DNA from: Spirochaetia bacterium | GTDB taxonomy: Bacteria; Bacillota; Desulfotomaculia; Desulfotomaculales; JAJYZD01 | Length of the DNA: 25,922 bases | Reading direction: 5' to 3' | Assembly (NCBI GenBank): GCA_035530395.1 | Contig: DATKUX010000180.1 | Location: 1 to 25,922 of the forward strand | Shown here: in pieces, positions 17,792 through 23,750 of the stretch | Position numbering within the stretch: position 1 is the stretch's first letter | Layout of the letters: each line of letters starts with the position of its first letter | Position numbers and translations under genes: made by a program | Notes under the pieces: generated by a model | What the model saw: only the letters and a program-made list of their open reading frames with translations | Database searches by the model: none | What the model was told of the DNA's origin: nothing

Positions 17792-18379
17792 CTATTTAAA
17801 AACCGGACGACCAAGTGGCAATATGGGTCTTTCGAAGTGTTCCGCCCACAGTACCGCTGTTGAAGAGTAGATGCAGAACGCAGCGAATAGCAAAAGCAGG
17901 TACCCGGCTATAACGCCTGCGTTGGCTGAGCCACCTAAGATAGAAACCCCTAGTAACAGGAAGGCCACACCAACTTCTGCTATGCCTGCCATAAGCAACC
18001 AGCTTATGCGTCCGAACCCGACCGCATATGTCTCTGTGATAACAAACAACGTAACCCAGAAAACACCCATTACCTCGGGAGTGAACGCCCCTGGCTTCGG
18101 CGCCTGAATCACTTGTTGCCATAATGTAATGGCTGCGCCAAGGGTGATTACCGTGCCGAATACCCCGGATATGGTGCCCAGCAGTAATTCTCCTCTTTTG
18201 AAGAAGATGATACCGGCTAGCAGTTGTGGCAAAGAACATGCCAACAAGATCCCTATCAAGAGGGGGATCGTTGTGGGAGGCACCCATCCCGCGTAAACAG
18301 CCCCTACCGACGCGGTGAGCACAGCCACCGCATTAATAGCCCAGGGAATCTGATTGGCCCACTCTTGTTGTTGAGGCAC
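17792..18379 (-). CDS. GPR1/FUN34/YaaH (AceTr, SatP-like) family membrane channel, divergent member
   Basis: 195 aa with about six hydrophobic helices. GTG start with an AAAGGAGTG RBS. It is collinear with E. coli YaaH/SatP in the core (LPQLLAGIIFFKRGELLLGTISGVFG vs IAQIFAGLLEYKKGNTFGLTAFTSYG) and the C-terminus (FERPILPLG vs FGRTVLPIG). The N-terminal NPAPLGL signature is not conserved. Confidence 0.75.
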   Translation of the reverse strand: MPQQQEWANQIPWAINAVAVLTASVGAVYAGWVPPTTIPLLIGILLACSLPQLLAGIIFFKRGELLLGTISGVFGTVITLGAAITLWQQVIQAPKPGAFTPEVMGVFWVTLFVITETYAVGFGRISWLLMAGIAEVGVAFLLLGVSILGGSANAGVIAGYLLLLFAAFCIYSSTAVLWAEHFERPILPLGRPVFK

Positions 18380-18421
18380 TGTTTATTCACTCCTTTCTAG
18401 TGGCGGACAGTCCGTGCGCCG

Positions 18422-20257
18422 CTAGAGTAACGTGATAACCCCCTGGTTGCCGTCCACCCGGATCAACTGTCCGGTTTTAATGGTCGATGTGGCGAAACCG
18501 GTACCTACTACGGCCGGCAAGCCATACTCCCGGCACACGATGGCCGCATGGGACATGATTCCGCCGACATCCGTGACGCAGGCCCTGATTCTGGTAAAGA
18601 TCGGTGCCCAACTGGGGGAGGTGGTGGCCGCGACCAGAATCTCGCCCTCCTGCAGGGTATTGAGCTCTTCCAAGGTCCGGATCACCTTGGCTTTGCCTTC
18701 CACAACTCCCGCCGACCCGGCGAAGCCGCTTAATTCCTTGACATCCGCGAGGTTCACCTTACCCGCGGAGAGCCACGCGTCCATCGATTTGCTGGTTATC
18801 CCCCACAACATGATCGTGAAGGGTTCGCTTATGGTCTCCGGCGCAACCCCCAGGGCCGGTGGAGGCATGAATTCCCTGAACTTGTTGATGACATCCTTGC
18901 GCCAGGCGATTTCCGGCGGCCAGTAGGACGGCCCGCGGCCTTTGACCCCGGTGGCCCAGGCCGTCAGGAGATCATACAGCGCTTCCTGGATCTCGTAGCG
19001 GTTAAGGTACCAGATGTCCTCCCCATCGGCAAAGAAACCATGATTGACAAAAATCCGGGACAATTCACGGATTTTGTTCCAAAACACACCATGGAACCAG
19101 TGCTCCACGTAGAAATTATGGTTTTCGACATAGGGGAAAACCCTTTGGGCCACGGCAATCAACTGCCGGAAAGTATTCCGGTCATCTTCCGCAGCCAAAA
19201 GGTCCGTATATTCGGCGATGATCCGGTCCCGCTCCAGGCGCACCTGTTCCAACGGGCGGGCCAGGCTTTGCCCTTTTTCCAGTTTCCCGATATAGCTCTG
19301 GATGGCCATGAAAGGTATTTCCAACCGGTCCAGCCAGGAATAGTGGTCATGGTACCACCCGGTCCCCGAAGACAGGTAGAACCACGGGTATTTAGCCTTC
19401 TCCAGTCGGTCCAGCCACTGGCGCCCCGGTTCGGTGGTACCCAGCCGGTCGATGATTTCCTGGGGCCGGGAAGACGACTTGACGATTTCAGCCACGCCGA
19501 GATCGACGGCCGCCTGGGCCAGTTCTTTCAACCTCTCGTCCGGCTGGAACAATATCACGTCGATGCCGGCCACCATCTGGGTAATCGTCCGGTCCTCGAT
19601 GCCGGGGAAAGCCTTGTGGCAGAACTCGGTCAAGGGAAGGTAGGCGGCGTAGCCCAGGTTCAAGAATTCGAAGTGGTACTGCCAGGCCCGCAGCGCACAA
19701 TCGATCAAATGGGTGTAGGTTTTGGTCAACTGGTAACCACTGCTTAAGCCAATGCCCTCAAAAACCAGGGAGCTATCCTCCATCTCGGGAAGGTCTTTGA
19801 TCTCGATATCTTCCAGTTCCTTGATAAGGGCCTCCATTTTCTTCTGCCACTTGGCGTACAACTCATCCCAGTTCTCATAGTAAAAGCCGGCGCGCTCCAA
19901 AAAGTGGGGCAACCTTTCCTGAATCTTCGCCGGATCGGTTACCGGTACCGGGCTGATATAGATATATCCGTTAACGATGCGATGATCTATACCCAAAGCC
20001 GGTGGGATCATGAAAATCCTGCTGTTATACTGTGATAGGGCCATAAACCAGGCTTCATCCCAGATCAGGTCGAAAGGGTACATGGGCTCGGGGTAGTGAA
20101 GCCCGTCGTAATACCAGAGGACACTTTCCTCATAGGCTTTTCTCTCCGGATCATCCTTGCTGACCCGGTAAAAGTACGGATACATCCTTTCCCAGCCCTC
20201 GGTACCGGGAATCGTCTTTACCTCGCTGGGCATGGTGAATGCCCTCTGCTCGGCCAT
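18422..20257 (-). CDS. ppsA: phenylphosphate synthase alpha-like subunit (large N-terminal substrate domain plus C-terminal PEP-utilising mobile His domain)
   Basis: ~611 aa from the ATG at 20257 (AAAGGAGGT RBS 8 nt upstream). The C-terminus GGIMSHAAIVCREYGLPAVVG is the phospho-histidine swivel domain. The N-terminal ~500 aa (GWERMYPYFY...HYPEPMYPFD) matches the PpsA-type architecture rather than full-length PEP synthase. Confidence 0.8.
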   Translation of the reverse strand: MAEQRAFTMPSEVKTIPGTEGWERMYPYFYRVSKDDPERKAYEESVLWYYDGLHYPEPMYPFDLIWDEAWFMALSQYNSRIFMIPPALGIDHRIVNGYIYISPVPVTDPAKIQERLPHFLERAGFYYENWDELYAKWQKKMEALIKELEDIEIKDLPEMEDSSLVFEGIGLSSGYQLTKTYTHLIDCALRAWQYHFEFLNLGYAAYLPLTEFCHKAFPGIEDRTITQMVAGIDVILFQPDERLKELAQAAVDLGVAEIVKSSSRPQEIIDRLGTTEPGRQWLDRLEKAKYPWFYLSSGTGWYHDHYSWLDRLEIPFMAIQSYIGKLEKGQSLARPLEQVRLERDRIIAEYTDLLAAEDDRNTFRQLIAVAQRVFPYVENHNFYVEHWFHGVFWNKIRELSRIFVNHGFFADGEDIWYLNRYEIQEALYDLLTAWATGVKGRGPSYWPPEIAWRKDVINKFREFMPPPALGVAPETISEPFTIMLWGITSKSMDAWLSAGKVNLADVKELSGFAGSAGVVEGKAKVIRTLEELNTLQEGEILVAATTSPSWAPIFTRIRACVTDVGGIMSHAAIVCREYGLPAVVGTGFATSTIKTGQLIRVDGNQGVITLL

Positions 20258-20342
20258 AATCACTTACCTCCTTTGCGTTCAATTTGGGAATCTCCACCGA
20301 ACATGCTAGCCGCCTGCGAAAGGCAGTTCGCTGATTCCTGAT

Positions 20343-22292
20343 CTATTCACCTCCTAAACTGGTTATCAACTTTAAAGCCAACTGTACCTGCAGGTTCGTC
20401 TCCGGATCGTCTAAATCGATGTGGGCGATTTCCCTGATTCTTTTCAGCCGGTATCTCAGGGTGCCCGGGCTCAGGAAGCCTTTCCGCGCCGCTTTGAGGA
20501 TATTGCAATTGTTTTGGTAGTAAAGGTCCAGGGTGGACAGCAGGTGGGATCCGTGTTTTTCCTCGTAGGCCAGCAGCGGGCCGATAACCCGGCCGGCAAA
20601 CTCCTTGAAGGCCTCCCGGTTGATAGAAAGCAGGCTGAAGACACCGAGTTGCTCGTAGGCGAAAGAGCAGTTCCGGCGCCCCAGGGACCGGGCGATTTCC
20701 AGGCAGGCCCGGGCTTCGCGGTAGGAACGGGCGAAATCGGTGACCGTAAAACAGGGCGCGCCTATGCCCAGCCACCAGGTTTCATGAGCCATCTGGACGG
20801 AGAGTTGGTTGGCCAGGTTGTGGAGGACGGTCAAAGACTGGTTGTTTATCTTGTTTGGTTCGGCAGCAGGATCCGGTATCAACATGATGAGATTATTATT
20901 GTATTCAGCGAGAAGGGCGAAGATATGGGCGGATCTTATCGTCCGGTCCACTATTTGCAGCAGGTTCCTGCGGCCGCCCGAAACAGGCGGGGCAGGTCTG
21001 GTGCCCGGATACCTCGCATTGGTCTCCAGAACCACCACGCGGTGAACCTGGGACAAATCCAGTCCAAGCTGCCTTGCCTTCCAAATCACCCCTTCTTCAA
21101 ATTCGTAGCTGCCTTCCATCAATTCCTTCAAAAAGTTTTTCCTGAGTCTAAGTTCGGTTTCAAATGCGGCCTTTTGTTTCAACAAGTCAAGAGCGACTAC
21201 CGTGCTGGTGTGTTCCAGGGCGATATAATCGAGTTCGTTCAATTTGCGCTTACCTTCCAGCGTGGCCACAAAGCCCAGATGATCCTGTCCGGCGATGACC
21301 GGAAGGACTATCAGCTGGTCCTCGTTCCCTTCCGGTGTGGTCCCGTTCAACCGGATGAGACGTTTACCCTGAAAGAGGGACAATATCTCTTCCTTGCGGG
21401 CCGGGTCCGCGCTGGCGTTTTGCCAGGTTGCCCGCAGGTCGGAACCACCGGCGGCCGGCCTTAGGCAGACTGCCAGGGGAAAAAGAGACTGGTCCGTGAC
21501 GATAACGGAATTATCAATTATTTCGGCCAGGCTCCTGGTAATGGCATCGAGACCGTGTCCTTCGAGGACCAGGTTGGTAAGCAGGTTATGGATGGTCATT
21601 GATTTTTGCAGGGCCGCATGCTGGGAAGACAGCACGTTGTTCAGTTTGCGCAATTGGGTCAGGTTATCCTGTAATTTAAGATTGCTCTGCGCGCAAATTC
21701 TGGCGTTGCCGAGGACTGTGGATACCTGGCAACCCAGGAGGTACAGGAAATCCTGGTCGTACCTGGTGAACGGCCTGCCGCCCAGTTTGTCGACGGCCAA
21801 AAGGGCGCCGATATTCCGGCCGGCGAAGGAGAGCGGGACTCCGCAAAGGTTCCGGGCTCTGACGGCCGGGGCTTCGTTCAGTTGGAGCAGCGATGTCTCG
21901 TTCAGGAGGAGCGGGCTGCTCAGTTGCAAAATGTCGGCCAGGGGCCCCCGGGTGACGGCGGCGGAATGCCTTTGCACTTCGTCGTCCCGGCTGTGGTCGT
22001 AGAGAGATAATTCCCGCCCCTCCTCCATCGCCAGAACCAGGTAAGCCTTCTCGGCCTGGAGCAAGGCGCGGGCGTGGCGGACCAACCGATCCGGCAAGTC
22101 CGTGGAATCGACATGGCGGTGGAGATCCATAACGGCCTTATATACGGAGCGCCAGCGAGTCAGCAAATGTCTTTCGGCCACGTCCAGTTTAACCGTTCGG
22201 GCCACCGGTAGATTCTCGGTAATGTGGATCACCCCCCTGTTCCAGTCTTCCGGGGGACCGGTTGACGGCGGCCAAAAAGGACGCCTGCTCAA
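20343..22292 (-). CDS. PucR/CdaR-family transcriptional regulator with N-terminal GAF-like sensor domain
   Basis: C-terminal PucR HTH (LSTLDLYYQNNCNILKAARKGFLSPGTLRYRLKRIREI) and a GAF-like segment (GVPLSFAGRNIGALLAVDK). The start is uncertain: TTG 22292 has no RBS, and the alternatives are GTG 22232 and ATG 22130 (AAGG RBS). Confidence 0.85.
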   Translation of the reverse strand: MSRRPFWPPSTGPPEDWNRGVIHITENLPVARTVKLDVAERHLLTRWRSVYKAVMDLHRHVDSTDLPDRLVRHARALLQAEKAYLVLAMEEGRELSLYDHSRDDEVQRHSAAVTRGPLADILQLSSPLLLNETSLLQLNEAPAVRARNLCGVPLSFAGRNIGALLAVDKLGGRPFTRYDQDFLYLLGCQVSTVLGNARICAQSNLKLQDNLTQLRKLNNVLSSQHAALQKSMTIHNLLTNLVLEGHGLDAITRSLAEIIDNSVIVTDQSLFPLAVCLRPAAGGSDLRATWQNASADPARKEEILSLFQGKRLIRLNGTTPEGNEDQLIVLPVIAGQDHLGFVATLEGKRKLNELDYIALEHTSTVVALDLLKQKAAFETELRLRKNFLKELMEGSYEFEEGVIWKARQLGLDLSQVHRVVVLETNARYPGTRPAPPVSGGRRNLLQIVDRTIRSAHIFALLAEYNNNLIMLIPDPAAEPNKINNQSLTVLHNLANQLSVQMAHETWWLGIGAPCFTVTDFARSYREARACLEIARSLGRRNCSFAYEQLGVFSLLSINREAFKEFAGRVIGPLLAYEEKHGSHLLSTLDLYYQNNCNILKAARKGFLSPGTLRYRLKRIREIAHIDLDDPETNLQVQLALKLITSLGGE

Positions 22293-22546
22293 GCGGTACC
22301 CGGTTTTGCGAAGAGACCACCCTATGACCTGCCAAGCCTGTATCTGGACCGGGAGGGGACCGGATCACCCCGCGGGGTCGGGGGCCGGAGGATCTGCAAT
22401 TCGGAAATGGTTCGGATCATCCCGGGCGAAGTTGGCTTGACCCGGGCACTGTGCGTGTTAGTGCCAATTGACGACGGGAGTAGGACGATGACTGTTCGCT
22501 GAAAGAGAGACGGAGCAGATGTTCCGGATAGTAGGGTAAGAATTAC

Positions 22547-22590
22547 GTCTATAGATATTTTAGTCAATAGTTGACCAACCTGTCTATAGC
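22547..22590. promoter_or_regulatory. AT-rich operator-like module: GTCTATAG direct repeat flanking the 13-bp palindrome GTCAATAGTTGAC
   Basis: GTCTATAG occurs at 22547-22554 and 22582-22589. The first copy is part of the palindrome TCTATAGA (22548-22555). GTCAA-TAG-TTGAC is at 22563-22575, with a further GTCAAC half-site at 22610-22615. The module lies upstream of the PucR-family gene on the minus strand. Confidence 0.35.
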
Positions 22591-22662
22591 ACAATATTGC
22601 AAAAATTCAGTCAACTCCTTTGTCCAATTCGGTTAAAACCTTGTACTGACGTCGGCCCGGGC

Positions 22663-22694
22663 CGGTCATCGGCCTAATAATTTCCGAATGACCG
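22663..22694 (-). terminator. possible stem-loop downstream of ubiX (CGGTCATCGG ... CCGAATGACCG, one bulge)
   Basis: An imperfect 10-bp stem with an 11-nt loop, ~100 nt after the ubiX stop. There is no U-tract. Confidence 0.2.
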
Positions 22695-22795
22695 CGCAAT
22701 GTCCTCCTGCCGGGCGGCCAAAATCATCCGACCGGTTGTGAGGGTGTCTTACAAGATCCACCGACCGGACCCGCGTTACCACGGCAGACGAAACC

Positions 22796-23365
22796 CTAAC
22801 GGCTGTGGTCGCCCCAGCGCCGGAATAGATCATGTTCGATGGCGAATTGATCCAGTATTTTGCCCACCGTCTGATTGACGATGTCGTCAAGGGTGACGGG
22901 CAGGTGATAGAAGGCCGGCATGGGGGGAAGGACGACGGCGCCCAGTTCGGCCACTGCAACCAACAACTTCAAGTGGCCCGCATGCAGGGGGGTCTCCCGG
23001 GGAACAACCACCAGTTTTCTTCTTTCCTTGAGGGTGACATCGGCCGCGCGGACCAGGAGATTGTCGTTGTAAGAGTTGGCAATGGCCGAAACTGTCTTCA
23101 TCGAACAGGGTACAACGACCATTCCGTCCGTCCTGAACGAACCGCTGGCCACCGCAGCCCCGATATCGGAGTTGTCGTAGACGCGGTGGGCCAATCTCCC
23201 TACCTGCTCGACGGAATAGGCGGTTTCCAGCCTGATTGTCCTCCCGGCCGCCTCCGAGACAACCAGGTGAGTCTCGATTTCCGGACAGGCAGAAAGGGTC
23301 TCCAAAAGCCTGATCCCGTATATGGCCCCCGAGGCACCCGATATCCCCACCACAATCCTGGTCAT
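22796..23365 (-). CDS. ubiX: flavin prenyltransferase UbiX (prFMN synthase)
   Basis: 189 aa from the ATG at 23365 (GGGGGTGG RBS). MTRIVVGISGASGAIYGIRLLETL...MVVVPCSMKTVSAIANSY...VVVPRETPLH is the canonical UbiX/Pad1 fold signature. The 98-codon upstream extension in the track is not family-like. Confidence 0.9.
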   Translation of the reverse strand: MTRIVVGISGASGAIYGIRLLETLSACPEIETHLVVSEAAGRTIRLETAYSVEQVGRLAHRVYDNSDIGAAVASGSFRTDGMVVVPCSMKTVSAIANSYNDNLLVRAADVTLKERRKLVVVPRETPLHAGHLKLLVAVAELGAVVLPPMPAFYHLPVTLDDIVNQTVGKILDQFAIEHDLFRRWGDHSR

Positions 23366-23614
23366 GTCGCCACCCCCGCTGATATTGTCCATTGTTCCTG
23401 CCGGGCAAACGCCTAGGTGCTTGGAGAGTCCAACGGGTCGTCCGCTTTGCTTAGGCCCATTGTACAACAGACCCCGGGGGAAAACCATATCCATATGTAG
23501 CAAAAAATGTGAAGAAAAATTGGCTAAATTCGGCCATCCATGGCCGCGGCACATGGCCGGGGGGAAAGGACCAGACATTGCCGGGTGGCAAAGCCGGCCC
23601 GCCTGGTGGGTAGC

Positions 23615-23653
23615 GGGCAAAAAGAAAATCGTCCCGGCGACCGGGACGATTTT
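23615..23653 (-). terminator. Rho-independent terminator after the molybdopterin hydroxylase gene
   Basis: Perfect 13-bp stem AAAATCGTCCCGG-CGA-CCGGGACGATTTT (23625-23653). On the minus strand it is followed by a CTTTTTG U-rich tail. It sits ~100 nt after the stop at 23751. Confidence 0.75.
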
Positions 23654-23750
23654 GGACAAAGTGCCGATGTCGGGATCCGTCAGGCAAGAGGGCTGGCTGG
23701 CAGCGCGGCGGAAAGGTCCCTTTAACGGCGCGGACCTCCTATCCGGATCC

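Noticed and set aside
22451-22466. Sigma-54-like element upstream of the PucR gene: the minus strand reads TGGCAC-TAACA-CGCAC.
   Set aside because: The -24 half is perfect, but there is no TTGC. The only GC dinucleotide is displaced by 1 nt, and sigma-54 promoters do not tolerate altered spacing.
22322-22594. 90-aa minus-strand ORF in the ubiX-PucR intergenic region, considered as a possible small carboxylase subunit.
   Set aside because: It has a TTG start and no RBS. Its composition is not protein-like (Ser/Thr/Pro/Arg-rich) and it spans the AT-rich operator patch. It does not resemble PpcC/BsdD-type small subunits as far as I can judge by eye.
23400-23560. Possible sigma-70 promoters for ubiX (TTCACA-18-TATGGT; TACAAT near 23440).
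   Set aside because: The hexamers or spacing are weak and no partner -35 exists for TACAAT. The evidence is too weak to annotate.
23366-23659. 98-codon N-terminal extension of the ubiX ORF in the track (287 aa in total).
   Set aside because: UbiX proteins are ~190 aa and begin at M-x-R/K-IVVGISGASG. The ATG at 23365 has a GGGGGTGG RBS. The extension is Pro/Gly-rich and runs into the terminator region.
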